From a virus: a stretch of DNA of 64,000 nt. This document shows, one piece after another, positions 31,667 through 41,699 of the stretch. Where the stretch lies: positions 5,395 to 69,394 of the IMG/VR virus record IMGVR_UViG_3300045391_003766; one strand, written 5' to 3'. A program made the translations under genes and the position numbers. The notes under the pieces were generated by a model. That model was given only the letters and a program-made list of their open reading frames with translations. It made no database searches and was not told the DNA's origin. Position 1 is the stretch's first letter. Each line of letters starts with the position of its first letter.

Positions 31667-34600
31667 ATGCCGACTCCTGCCATTGGTGAAGAAGTTCAGT
31701 TGACGCCCGAACAGCAAGCGCAATACGAGCAACTTTCTGCGCCTACCTCTAATGAGGTTGATCCCATTCGGGATTTCAACTCCCAACAGCTTTCGGAGTT
31801 GGCCGTCAAAGACCCCAGCTTTAATCTCGTCGAAGCTTTTCGTCAGCACCCGGACAAATCACCAGAGGTTGTCCAGAAGGTCGCCGACGCGCACGACGCG
31901 ATCACGAAGCGCGGTTTTCAGTTGTCCGATTTGCCGAATCCCGTCAAGGCGGTCCCTCAAGCCGTTTATGAATTCGGCAAAGGCATTCTCAAGCAGGCAT
32001 GGAACTATGCCAATGCCGGTGCGGCAGCAATAGCAGGCGCAACGGTTGGGGGCGCTGCCGAAAACGAAATGATTCAAGAGGCCCAGCGGCGAGTTGGAGA
32101 AAACATCGCCGGGACTGAGCAGGCCGTCACAGGTTTGTCGAATCAAATTCAGGCCACAGGCCGCAAGGCCGCGAATCTCGTCACAGGCGGCGCGCAGACT
32201 CCCGAAGAGCGAGTAAAAAATTTGTGGGACGCGGTTGGTCGTGGAGAAGTGGCTGAAAATATTTCTAAGGGTCACGGCGCTTTCATGTCCGGCGTTGGCG
32301 GCAACGTGGTTCAAGAATTGGAACAAGCCGGTAAGCCGATTCGTCCTGAAGAAGTCAATACGCTCGCGCAAGGCGATCCTTTCACTTTTTGGTCGTTCGG
32401 AAAAGTCCTTGGCGGCGCAGGCAGGCTTGCTGGGAATATTCCGGGCGTGCAGGCCGCTACCAGCAAAGTTGGGGCCGCTTTGTCCACCGCAGCCGCTACC
32501 GGAGTTGGCAAAACAATTCAAGTTGCGGCCCCCGCAATCAAAGCGGGCGGCAAGACGGCGGAATTCCTCGGTGGAGGTATTAAAACCGTAGGCCCGCTAG
32601 TTCAGGGGCTGGAAGCACTCGCCACGGGAAATGTTTCACATGCCGCAGAAGGCGTAGGCAGCTATTACGGCGGTTCGGCGCTCCAGTGGATCGGCCAGCA
32701 GGCGGTAAAAAAAGCACAACCGATCAAACAATTTGGAAAACAAATTACGGGAGAAATCCCGCTCACGTCGCCATCTGCACAGGTCGTGAAAGATGTCGCG
32801 CAAGCCCTGCCCGGTGCTGCCGGAGAAGTTGCCAAAGGTGCCGCGTTAGACCTTGGTCTCGCTGCCGCCACTTCGGAATCGCCGGAGCAAACGCAGAACG
32901 CTCTCGGCCTTGGAACTGCTTTTGGTGCACTGTCCGGCGCGGGCCGCACTTTGGGTCACGTCGTCAGCGGCCAGATCATCGCGCCGCGCTCGTGGGGGAA
33001 TCCAACTCCCGTCGCTCCCTCTGGAAATTTTCCATCGCTCAATTCGGCGCACTCTCAAGCCTACGCTTCGGCTCCTGTCGGTGTGCAGACTCGCATTAAC
33101 GCGATTCGCCAATTCGCCAAAATGGCGGCTCCCGGCACGGACGTTTATTACGTGAACGACAAACCGGCGCTCTCGAAGGCTCTGGTCGATTCTGGTGTTG
33201 CCCCCGCGACGGCGGACCTGTGGTCAAAGCAGCTTGGTTTTTTCAGCACGGATTTGACTGGTAAAGACGGCCAGCAACATCCGGTCCTCGTCGTCACTGA
33301 TGCGGATGCCGCACCGCACGAATCTTTTCACGCTTTTCAAGACGTGCTCGGTGAAGAGGGCAACCGTGCCATTGATGAAATCGTCAAAAAGGACTATGGA
33401 GACCGCTGGGAGCAAGAAGGCCGTCGATACACGGAACGGGCCGCGCAACCCTCCGGCGTCGAAGTCGGACCTGACTGGCGATCCACGTTGCTCGATCTGA
33501 CCGGCTGGGGCCGCAGTGAGGCCATTGAAAAACTTACCTCGTCTCTCGAAAATCAACTCACTTCGGAGGGACAAGAACCGAACGCGGATTTTATTCGCCA
33601 GCGTGTCGATGGAGAGTGGAACAGACTGCGCGAGCAGGCGAAAGCCAACAACCCACAGGCCACTCCGGCAGAACTCGAATCGTCGATTTGGCGTGACGTG
33701 CTTTCGCCGGACGAAGCGAAAGATACCGCCGACCGATACATCGCGCGCGAACTCGCCGCTGAGAATTTTGATGCCATTTTCAAAGCACAGGGTCCGGGCC
33801 TCGTCGAAAACAAATCTTTGCCCGGCCAATTGGCGCGCGTGGTCGCAAAAGTGATGTCCGCATTGGGGAGCAATCCTCTGGCCGGACGACAAACGCAGAT
33901 CGGCAAAGTCGAACCTCGTTTTCAGACGACGGAGGCTGTGCGCAAGGCTGTGTTGGAGCAACAGCCCCCGGCTACTCCAAGTGCTGCTGCGACGCCGGAG
34001 AAACCGACTCCATCGACTCCTACTCCTTCTGCTCCTACTCCTGCCCCCGCGCCTTCTCCATCTCCCGAAGCGGAAAAAATCCGGGACTGGACGGCCAAGA
34101 ATCCGCCCACGGTGCCGGACAGATTGCGCGCCGCCGACACTATCGCTAATGCTATCGACAACGAGCAGACTGTCCAAGTGATCTATTGGGGTGCCAAGGG
34201 AGAACAGGGCGGCAGCATTGAGAGCGTTCGGCCAGAACGGCGCGCGGAAATCGAAGCCCAGCGCGAAGCGGGTAACGAAGACCGTCCTCTGGTTCAGAAA
34301 ACCTTTTTTCCAGAGCGCGTAGAGATGACAGGTAAAGGGCCGCAGATTGTTGGATGGTCTCCCGATAATTTTTACGCCAACGCCAATAAATTTGCGCAAT
34401 GGATTGATCAAGTCGGTGATGCGGCGCGTCAAAAGTTCGCGCTTTACAGAACCGACGGCAACGGAAATTTCACAGAGGACGGCTGGCGGTATCTACAGCA
34501 CGTCCTTAACGCTTTCATGCAGAACCAGCGCGCCGGTGCTACCGGGGCAGGCGAGCCGCTGATTGTCCCCAAGGAAACTCTGGCGAGAGGATTCACTCAG

Positions 34601-37600
34601 CCGAAAAAAGAAGGCACGGTCACACACATTGACCAAGGAGACGCGGACGTAATCAATTATCTTTTCCATGTTCAAATCCCGGAGAGCACTAGCCGGGTTG
34701 CACCGCTGCATATCGCCGGGCAAGAAATTTCTGAAGCCACGCAACCAAGCCGGTTACAAATCCCGGTTCGTCCTCGCGGCGAATACACGGAGGCGCAACT
34801 TTCAAAGGCCAACATCGCCGGGCCGCGCGGAGTCCGGGAAGTCAATCCGCTGCGAAACTGGATCGAGCAGGCCGCGAAATCCTCTGGTGTCGAAGCACCG
34901 TCGCTGATAGATGTTAGCCAACGTTTGAATTTGAGTCGCATTGCGGATGCGACGACGACACCCGAAGTCGCGCCAGTTCGCGGGAACACACTTACGCTCG
35001 CTGCTGGTTTCCAGCCGCCCAGTCTCTCGGACGAACCGGAAGCGATCAAGATTGCGGCGATCCGACTTCCGAACGGAAAAGTTTACGAGGCCGACAACTA
35101 TGGCTATCCCACTCACGGCGGCGCGCTGGCCAAGGCAAGACAGGCCGGAGAAGACATCCCGCAAATGATGCGGAGAAACGTTCCGGGGATCGTCGAAGGT
35201 TTCGTCACGAACAGCGGAGAATTCCTGAATCGCAAAGAGGCGTTTAAACGTGCTAAGGAATATGGCCAGATCACGGGCGAAGAGTTTTTCCCGCGTCCCG
35301 GTGAATTGGAATCGGTCAGTTTTGAACGCACCGCACATGGCCAATTTCAGCCCCCACAAATCGAAGAGATTGAGCGCATGTCGCCCGAAGAATTTACAAA
35401 ATGGGCGGAATCTTTGTCAGGAAATGGGGGATTCACCAGTGTCGCATACAAAGCAGGACTTCGGGCCTTCGAGGCGGGGCCAGAGGCAGTCGCTGGTTTA
35501 CTTGACGCCTACGACCGGGCGACAGCACAGGCTAAAGCGCTGTTCAAGACGGACATTCAGGCCGCAATGACTACCTCTTTCAAAGGCCAATATTTTCGCG
35601 AAGCGTGGGAAGCCGCAACGGGCCTCGGCTCTGGCGGCGAGATGCTCCGCAAACTTAAGGCTGGGCAGTTTCAACCGCAGGCCGCGCGCGAACTTACGCC
35701 GGAAGAAGAGCCTTCGCGCTCTGTCCCTTCATTTTCTACAGTTCGCCGACCTGAAGAGCAACCGGCGCAACCAGCCGGAGCCGCACGACCTTTTCTTCCG
35801 TCGAAGCAAGCCGAACCTGCGCCAAGCGCTGTCAAACTTCCGACCGCCGTTCCCGCTGCGCCCCAAGTGCAGACAGAAGAGGAAAAGAAACGCGCGCAGT
35901 TTCAGGGTCAAACCGATGTCCGAGACGTGGCCGAAAAATACGCCAAGTCTGCGGGCATTGAAGGTTACTCCGCCAATCGAAACTTTGAGCCTGTCCCCGA
36001 AGACTTGGCTCGCAAACTGGCGGACCATTACGAGAGCGCAAAGTCTGATCCCAAAAATGCTGACGTGCAAAAGTCCTACGCGGCACTCACGGACGAAACC
36101 GTTCGGCAGTTCCACGCGATTGAGAATGCGGGATACCAAATTGAACCTTTCACTGGCACCGGCGAGCCCTATAAGTCCAGCGCCGATATGGTCAAGGACG
36201 TGCGAGAGAACAAACATCTTTTCTATCTACCTACGAAAGAGGCGGGCGCGCTCGGAAAAGACAATCCGATGATGACTGACAGCGGCATCGAAATCAACGG
36301 CGAGCGTTTGCCGGTCAACGACGTATTCCGCGCCGTTCACGACTTTTTCGGTCACGCCAAGGAGGGTTTTCAATTTGGACCGCGCGGTGAATTCAACGCA
36401 TGGCGTGAGCACTCCGAAATGTATTCCCCGGATGCGCAAGGGGCGCTTGCGGCGGAGACTCTCGCGCAAAATTTCTGGGTCAACTACGGCAAGCACCTTC
36501 GCACCGGCCCGGAAGGTCGTATTCCGGCGAAAGGCGAAGAGGGGCATGTCGCTCCGCCGAACCGACCCTTCGCCGAACAGAAAAACGTCGTTATCCCGGA
36601 GAAATTTCTGGAGGAAGCTCGCAGTGCGTTTAAACAGCCTGAGCCCACTGCGCAACTTCAACCAAAATCTGAGGAAGACTTCAAAATGCCGAAAGGCACC
36701 GCAGGGGGATTCAAAAAAGCGTGGATCACTCCCGATGGCGCGCCGGTCCAACTGGGCGGACAGTGGCACTCCGATTGGTTGGATCAGAATCGGAACATGC
36801 TGGAACAAAAATATGGCATTACCGGCCTTCCGAAATTTGAGGGGACGGATACCGAAGTCGCGCGTGAAAAAGCTTTGGCTGCTGGATTCGCCCGGCTCAA
36901 CTACGCCATCAATAGCGGCAAGCTGACCGTTGAAGCCCGTGACGCCGATTGGAAAAACCTGAAAGAGCCGGTTCGGCATTTTGCGGAGGCAAATCTGGAC
37001 GATCTGGACAATATGTCAGTGCATCTGCTTGACAACAATTTGAAAGATGTCACGCGGAGCAAGAGCGCGCAGCTTTTCAAATATGGGTCCGACGCTGAGA
37101 AACTCGCCAATTTGCCGTTGCCTGATGTGGGGGAAGCGCCAAGCATGGAGGCCGCTTCAGAGCGTCTTTTCCAGAAGGCCGTCAAGGGCCAGCTTCAACC
37201 GAATGAAGAACAAACGACCTTGTTCGGAGAGAAAAATAAAGAGCCCCTTACCGGCGCGCAGGTCTCCGGTATGACGCGAGACGAATTGCTGAATCATTAC
37301 CCGGAGGCCATTGTTCCTCGAAAGCGCGATGATACCATTCCTTCGGAAATCACCAAGTCGCCGCTCTATAAACAGAGCCGGAATGAGCCGGAAGCGGTCA
37401 AGGCGTTCGGAGAAAAGCTTGCGGACTTCTACAACTCGGTTAAAGACAATCCCGCGACGCAGGCTGGTGCGAAATGGTATTCTGACTTCGTGCCGCGCCT
37501 GAAAAAAGAATTCGGCAAGAACGCTCCGCTCATGGCGGAATTACTCGCGGCCACAAGCCCCCGAACCAACGTTGAAACTAACTTTGGCTACGCCTACGAC

Positions 37601-38326
37601 GCCCTCAAAAGTTTTGAAGCTGGGCGCTTCGACAAGATCATCGCCAAATTCAATCAGGGAATGGACATGATCACTGACGACCGCTGGCTCTCGTGGTATA
37701 ACCGCGAGTTGAACGCTGGGAACATTCCCAATCCGCCGCAAGAACCGACGCCTGCGGCGTTTCTGGAACACTGGATTTTCACGCACAACCTGAAGCCCAC
37801 ACAGAGCAACGGAAAACTCTACGGGACTCACTCCATTCCCGTGCTGAAAGTTTTCGCGCGCCGATGGATGGATGAAAACACCGGCCCGAAGACTAGAACC
37901 TTTGTGTCGAACCTCACCGGCATGGGACACGAGGCGACAATTGATATGTGGGCCGACCGGACGATGCGCCGTCTCGGATATGAGGGCTACAAGGACCGTT
38001 GGAGGATTTTGCCTCAGAACTTGCACAGCGTAAGCGACGAGGATTTCTATTTTTCTCAAAAGGCTTTTCGTGACGCCGCCGAGCGCGTTGGAATTCAGCC
38101 GGACGCGATGCAAGGGGCTTTGTGGTTTGCCGAAAAGCAATTGTGGGCAGACAATGGCTGGGCCAAACTCGATCTAGGGGACTTCAGCAAGGAACTTGAA
38201 AAAGTTCCGATGCTCAAGAGAGCGTTTGAACAAAAACTTGCAAAAACCAAGGAACAGGGTAAAGTAAAGGCGGGGACTGAGGGCGAATTATTCGGCCCGT
38301 CAGTGACACCCCGACCAAAACTATGA
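31667..38326 (+). CDS. Giant polyvalent ejection protein with zincin-like metallopeptidase motif and several C-terminal domains
   Basis: 2219 aa. Gly/Ala-rich amphipathic N-terminal region, HESFH at aa 551-555, HDFFGH...GE from aa 1558, recurring Q[FL]QP linkers. Confidence 0.75.
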   Translation: MPTPAIGEEVQLTPEQQAQYEQLSAPTSNEVDPIRDFNSQQLSELAVKDPSFNLVEAFRQHPDKSPEVVQKVADAHDAITKRGFQLSDLPNPVKAVPQAVYEFGKGILKQAWNYANAGAAAIAGATVGGAAENEMIQEAQRRVGENIAGTEQAVTGLSNQIQATGRKAANLVTGGAQTPEERVKNLWDAVGRGEVAENISKGHGAFMSGVGGNVVQELEQAGKPIRPEEVNTLAQGDPFTFWSFGKVLGGAGRLAGNIPGVQAATSKVGAALSTAAATGVGKTIQVAAPAIKAGGKTAEFLGGGIKTVGPLVQGLEALATGNVSHAAEGVGSYYGGSALQWIGQQAVKKAQPIKQFGKQITGEIPLTSPSAQVVKDVAQALPGAAGEVAKGAALDLGLAAATSESPEQTQNALGLGTAFGALSGAGRTLGHVVSGQIIAPRSWGNPTPVAPSGNFPSLNSAHSQAYASAPVGVQTRINAIRQFAKMAAPGTDVYYVNDKPALSKALVDSGVAPATADLWSKQLGFFSTDLTGKDGQQHPVLVVTDADAAPHESFHAFQDVLGEEGNRAIDEIVKKDYGDRWEQEGRRYTERAAQPSGVEVGPDWRSTLLDLTGWGRSEAIEKLTSSLENQLTSEGQEPNADFIRQRVDGEWNRLREQAKANNPQATPAELESSIWRDVLSPDEAKDTADRYIARELAAENFDAIFKAQGPGLVENKSLPGQLARVVAKVMSALGSNPLAGRQTQIGKVEPRFQTTEAVRKAVLEQQPPATPSAAATPEKPTPSTPTPSAPTPAPAPSPSPEAEKIRDWTAKNPPTVPDRLRAADTIANAIDNEQTVQVIYWGAKGEQGGSIESVRPERRAEIEAQREAGNEDRPLVQKTFFPERVEMTGKGPQIVGWSPDNFYANANKFAQWIDQVGDAARQKFALYRTDGNGNFTEDGWRYLQHVLNAFMQNQRAGATGAGEPLIVPKETLARGFTQPKKEGTVTHIDQGDADVINYLFHVQIPESTSRVAPLHIAGQEISEATQPSRLQIPVRPRGEYTEAQLSKANIAGPRGVREVNPLRNWIEQAAKSSGVEAPSLIDVSQRLNLSRIADATTTPEVAPVRGNTLTLAAGFQPPSLSDEPEAIKIAAIRLPNGKVYEADNYGYPTHGGALAKARQAGEDIPQMMRRNVPGIVEGFVTNSGEFLNRKEAFKRAKEYGQITGEEFFPRPGELESVSFERTAHGQFQPPQIEEIERMSPEEFTKWAESLSGNGGFTSVAYKAGLRAFEAGPEAVAGLLDAYDRATAQAKALFKTDIQAAMTTSFKGQYFREAWEAATGLGSGGEMLRKLKAGQFQPQAARELTPEEEPSRSVPSFSTVRRPEEQPAQPAGAARPFLPSKQAEPAPSAVKLPTAVPAAPQVQTEEEKKRAQFQGQTDVRDVAEKYAKSAGIEGYSANRNFEPVPEDLARKLADHYESAKSDPKNADVQKSYAALTDETVRQFHAIENAGYQIEPFTGTGEPYKSSADMVKDVRENKHLFYLPTKEAGALGKDNPMMTDSGIEINGERLPVNDVFRAVHDFFGHAKEGFQFGPRGEFNAWREHSEMYSPDAQGALAAETLAQNFWVNYGKHLRTGPEGRIPAKGEEGHVAPPNRPFAEQKNVVIPEKFLEEARSAFKQPEPTAQLQPKSEEDFKMPKGTAGGFKKAWITPDGAPVQLGGQWHSDWLDQNRNMLEQKYGITGLPKFEGTDTEVAREKALAAGFARLNYAINSGKLTVEARDADWKNLKEPVRHFAEANLDDLDNMSVHLLDNNLKDVTRSKSAQLFKYGSDAEKLANLPLPDVGEAPSMEAASERLFQKAVKGQLQPNEEQTTLFGEKNKEPLTGAQVSGMTRDELLNHYPEAIVPRKRDDTIPSEITKSPLYKQSRNEPEAVKAFGEKLADFYNSVKDNPATQAGAKWYSDFVPRLKKEFGKNAPLMAELLAATSPRTNVETNFGYAYDALKSFEAGRFDKIIAKFNQGMDMITDDRWLSWYNRELNAGNIPNPPQEPTPAAFLEHWIFTHNLKPTQSNGKLYGTHSIPVLKVFARRWMDENTGPKTRTFVSNLTGMGHEATIDMWADRTMRRLGYEGYKDRWRILPQNLHSVSDEDFYFSQKAFRDAAERVGIQPDAMQGALWFAEKQLWADNGWAKLDLGDFSKELEKVPMLKRAFEQKLAKTKEQGKVKAGTEGELFGPSVTPRPKL

Positions 38327-38517
38327 AAATTGTTGCATCTATCGCACACATTAAGAGTCTCCCGGAGACGGAGAAACAGGAAATGCTCGCCAGCGCCCGC
38401 ATCGCGGACTATAGGCCGGGCGAACAAGAATTTTGGGCTGAAGTTGAGGCCCGGATGAAGGTCCGGGAAAATCAAACCGCCGACCGGGTTGTGCCTCGCC
38501 CCGGCAAGAAGCACTAA
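38323..38517 (+). CDS. Hypothetical protein
   Basis: 64-aa ORF overlapping the giant gene's stop. Confidence 0.45.
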   Translation: MKIVASIAHIKSLPETEKQEMLASARIADYRPGEQEFWAEVEARMKVRENQTADRVVPRPGKKH

Positions 38518-38524
38518 TTACCGT

Positions 38525-39184
38525 ATGGCTGACCAACCCGTAATTGAACCTTCGGCACCCGCTGGAAGTCCACCCCAAGAAATCGATCCTAACGCTTCTC
38601 CGGCTCCTGCCGCGCCCGCCGCACCAGCAAAAGGCGGACTGCCTAACGAACTGCTCCAAATCCCCGCCCTTCAGGCAGTGTTTGCCGGTGCTCCCGCCGC
38701 CGTCTCCGCGCCCATCAAGGAATTCGCCAATCGCCCAGAGGCCAAGCTGATCATCGACAACAAGGATTTGCTTGCTAAAGCAGGTATGGGCCTCTATAGA
38801 AGCATTTCCGGCGATCTGGGGGTCATATTCAACGCTCTGAGGCTTCACCCGGAGGCTCTGGTGGCCGCAGACAAGGCCGGGCAGCTTGCGAAGGTGGCAC
38901 CCCCTTTTGACGCTGTGAACGCAGCAATCGCCCAATCCGGCGCAAATCACCCCGCTCTACATGTCCAGTCCGTCCCGCAAGGACCACCCGCGCCGCCGAT
39001 GCCGACACCGCCCCAGAACGCGGCCATGCCCACGCCCGGCCCGGCACCGTCCCAAAGTCCTGCCAGTGTGCAAAACAAGGTCTCTACCGCTCGTGTGGGG
39101 GCTTTGACGCAGGACAGCCCAACAAGTGGGCCAGCGCCGGGCAGGGGAAGGCTTCTCAATTCGATCTTAAAACCCGTCGTATAG
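38525..39184 (+). CDS. Pro/Ala-rich late protein
   Basis: Start at ATG 38525, preceded by CACTAATTAC (8/10 match to the late motif). Last + strand gene. Confidence 0.55.
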   Translation: MADQPVIEPSAPAGSPPQEIDPNASPAPAAPAAPAKGGLPNELLQIPALQAVFAGAPAAVSAPIKEFANRPEAKLIIDNKDLLAKAGMGLYRSISGDLGVIFNALRLHPEALVAADKAGQLAKVAPPFDAVNAAIAQSGANHPALHVQSVPQGPPAPPMPTPPQNAAMPTPGPAPSQSPASVQNKVSTARVGALTQDSPTSGPAPGRGRLLNSILKPVV

Positions 39185-39335
39185 CAGCGACGAAATGCCG
39201 CCAATGCTCGCGGCGATGCTTTTCTTCTTGCCATTTCTGGACGGCTTTGTGCCATTCATCGCGCGAAATGCTTGGGTCTGGACAACTGTTGCAGAGCAGA
39301 GTCTCCGCCCAATCGAGTAGGTCTTGTTTTTTCAT
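39156..39335 (-). CDS. Hypothetical 59-aa protein (not in the ORF track)
   Basis: MKKQDLLDWAETLLCNSC...; ATGA overlap with the phosphoesterase stop. Confidence 0.4.
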   Translation of the reverse strand: MKKQDLLDWAETLLCNSCPDPSISRDEWHKAVQKWQEEKHRREHWRHFVAAIRRVLRSN

Positions 39336-40567
39336 AATACCGGGAAACCAGCCGGAATGTTGTAAGGAGCCGGGCCGTCCATTTTCGCCTTGGCGAGATT
39401 CAAGTCATAGCACGCCGACCTGCCAAACGTCGGATGGACGAAAAAGAATTTCTGGATCGGACTGCATGGTGTGAAGCTATTCGTCAGTCCGAATTCATCC
39501 ACGCCGGGGAACCCGCCGTTCACAATCACTTCGCCGAGCGCGTGCGGGATTTCCATAGGCCGGTGAAGATGGCCGAGCAGATAATAGTTTACACCGGGCC
39601 GTTCATGCTTGACTCGGATTTGCGTTGTGGCACTGATAGCCCGGCCAATGGAATGAGCGGGAATGCCCAAGGCTTTGTCTCCGCCTCGCAGATGGTCGCC
39701 ATGCGCCGCCAAAAAAGTAAAGCCCTGAACCTTGAACTCAGCAAAGGGCTGCTGGTCGAGCCGGAATTTAATCGTCGGGATGTCCCGGACCAAAGCTTCG
39801 ATGTAGGCATACAAAAATTGATCGAGATTGCTGAAACGGTTTTTTGTCGGCATCTTGTGTTGCGTTCCCCAGCGCGGATGATTGCCGACGCAGGTGTAAA
39901 CCCGGATGCTGGGAACGAGCGTGGACAGATTGCGAAGGAATTGCGCGAGCGCGTGTCCGGCACCGTAGAACTGATTGAAGAGCGTGTTGACCTGACCGCA
40001 CTCTGCCGCGTGTTGCAGCGCGCCATCGATCATGTCCCCGATCATCGGGATCACCAGTTCCGAAATTTTCGTTGTGGTGTGGTCTTGAAGGATCGAGGCT
40101 GCGCTGTCCTCAAGGCGTTTCAACCGGCGACAGAAAACGTCGAAATTGTATTCACCGAATCCGAGGGTCTGCTCTGCTCGGACCTTGGCCCCAACGTGAG
40201 TGTCGGAGAGCAGTAGCACGGCGCTTTGCGGGCTACTCGTGCCTTTGGCAACGTGTTGACGGCAGGCTGGGGCCGGAGAATAGGAAATTGGTGCGATGTC
40301 GCGGACCTGTTCGATCAACACTTCGGTCGCGGTGCTGCCCTTTTGGGCCTTCTCAATTTCCCGCTCTAACTTCAGCGCGCGGTCGCGCCAATAATCCACG
40401 GTGGGATCAGCCGAAGCCTCAGCGACGGGTAAACGTTCAAGATGCCGTTCCACCGCTCGGACGGTTTTTCCGAGTATTGCGGCGATTTCGCGCCGGGGGA
40501 CTTTGGCTGCTCTCAGTTCCTTGAGCCGGGAGATTTCCTGTTCCGTCCACTGCTGATTCTTGTTCAT
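39332..40567 (-). CDS. Calcineurin-like metallophosphoesterase with N-terminal HTH
   Basis: SDTHVG, GDMIDG, GNHPR, HGDH and GHLH motifs; N-terminal WTEQEISRLKEL...REIAAILGKT HTH. Confidence 0.85.
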   Translation of the reverse strand: MNKNQQWTEQEISRLKELRAAKVPRREIAAILGKTVRAVERHLERLPVAEASADPTVDYWRDRALKLEREIEKAQKGSTATEVLIEQVRDIAPISYSPAPACRQHVAKGTSSPQSAVLLLSDTHVGAKVRAEQTLGFGEYNFDVFCRRLKRLEDSAASILQDHTTTKISELVIPMIGDMIDGALQHAAECGQVNTLFNQFYGAGHALAQFLRNLSTLVPSIRVYTCVGNHPRWGTQHKMPTKNRFSNLDQFLYAYIEALVRDIPTIKFRLDQQPFAEFKVQGFTFLAAHGDHLRGGDKALGIPAHSIGRAISATTQIRVKHERPGVNYYLLGHLHRPMEIPHALGEVIVNGGFPGVDEFGLTNSFTPCSPIQKFFFVHPTFGRSACYDLNLAKAKMDGPAPYNIPAGFPVL

Positions 40568-41147
40568 GTGTTTTTTGTTTTGGTAATTCGGGGGGAAGTT
40601 GATCGTTTTGAAAAGCGGTCTCACGCTGCGTCATCCATTCGAGAATGTGTGCAGGCAGGTGGCCCTCGAAAAGCATATCGAAGGCTTTGATTGCTTTGGC
40701 CGGGCAGTCGCCGATGCCAATGAGCGCGTTCTCCAAGTCCTCAACGGTGCCAAGAATGGCGATCCACATGCCGTCAGGAAGTTTTCGGAGCGAAGGCCGG
40801 TATCGAGAGTGCGGAGCAAGGGCTTCCTCGTGGATGGCAACTTGCTTGGCGATGAGTTGAGTGTTCTGATCATACATTTTGGTCAGCGTCGCTTCGAGCG
40901 TGTCTTGATGAACCATTGACCATCGGTCTTTTTCTTCCATCAAAGTGTCGATTCGATTACACACGTTGATGAGCGTTGCTTCGACAGCCGATTTTGCACC
41001 GCCGTCTAATATACCACCATTCTGCTCATCCAAGCCCTGAATCTGAAATAAAAGTCCGCCCATTGTGGCCGCAGTGCTCAACAACGATTCGAGTTGCGCC
41101 CGCGTGATGGAATCCCGGTTCGGCAAAGGTGTTTTTATTGGTGTCAT
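40437..41147 (-). CDS. Hypothetical protein
   Basis: Helical N-terminal part; the C-terminus overlaps the next gene by about 130 nt. Confidence 0.5.
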   Translation of the reverse strand: MTPIKTPLPNRDSITRAQLESLLSTAATMGGLLFQIQGLDEQNGGILDGGAKSAVEATLINVCNRIDTLMEEKDRWSMVHQDTLEATLTKMYDQNTQLIAKQVAIHEEALAPHSRYRPSLRKLPDGMWIAILGTVEDLENALIGIGDCPAKAIKAFDMLFEGHLPAHILEWMTQRETAFQNDQLPPELPKQKTHEQESAVDGTGNLPAQGTESSQSPPARNRRNTRKNRPSGGTAS

Positions 41148-41698
41148 ATGCGAGAAAGATTTTTCTGAGCCCACTTGTGTAACCAAATCGCGTCGATGGC
41201 GTTGTCGTCGATTACCGGACTCAGGGAGGCAAGACCGATCTGAGCCGGATTAAGGGAAGCCACAAGTTGTTTTTTTCCGCGTGTCTCAAACCGATACTCC
41301 TTCGGATAACTGGCCACAAGCGCGCGGGCCATCGCGGTTTTATTCGCATTGCCGTGGCACGCAAATTTTTTCAAGGTCTGAACTGGCACACATTCGATAT
41401 TCGTGTTGGGGAAGGCCAACCACACTGCCGCCCGCAGGCTGCTCCACAATTGCATCTGCAAACGATACTGGCCGAATTCAACATCCTCGAATACCACGGC
41501 ATCAACTAGTCCTTTCCAAGTTGTCACAAAGTCAAACAGACGTTTCACCCGTGCGTCGTTTCGCCGGTCCATCCTTTCTGCCTTGGCGGCTTTGCGTTCT
41601 TTGTCGGAAATCAGCCGGTAGGTGCCGCAACGAAAATCGTCGCCGAAGTTATGCGCCCAGCCGGTCGCCGTCCCTAAGTCTAACGCGAGGATGTTCAT
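41144..41698 (-). CDS. RuvC-like Holliday junction resolvase
   Basis: ILALDLGTATGWA, VVFED, LKKFACHGNANK, DDNAIDAIW. Confidence 0.85.
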   Translation of the reverse strand: MNILALDLGTATGWAHNFGDDFRCGTYRLISDKERKAAKAERMDRRNDARVKRLFDFVTTWKGLVDAVVFEDVEFGQYRLQMQLWSSLRAAVWLAFPNTNIECVPVQTLKKFACHGNANKTAMARALVASYPKEYRFETRGKKQLVASLNPAQIGLASLSPVIDDNAIDAIWLHKWAQKNLSRI

Positions 41699-41699
41699 A

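Noticed and set aside
35241-35250. Third CGTTTAAACG palindrome as an operator
   Set aside because: It lies deep inside the giant gene with no promoter elements around it; likely incidental.
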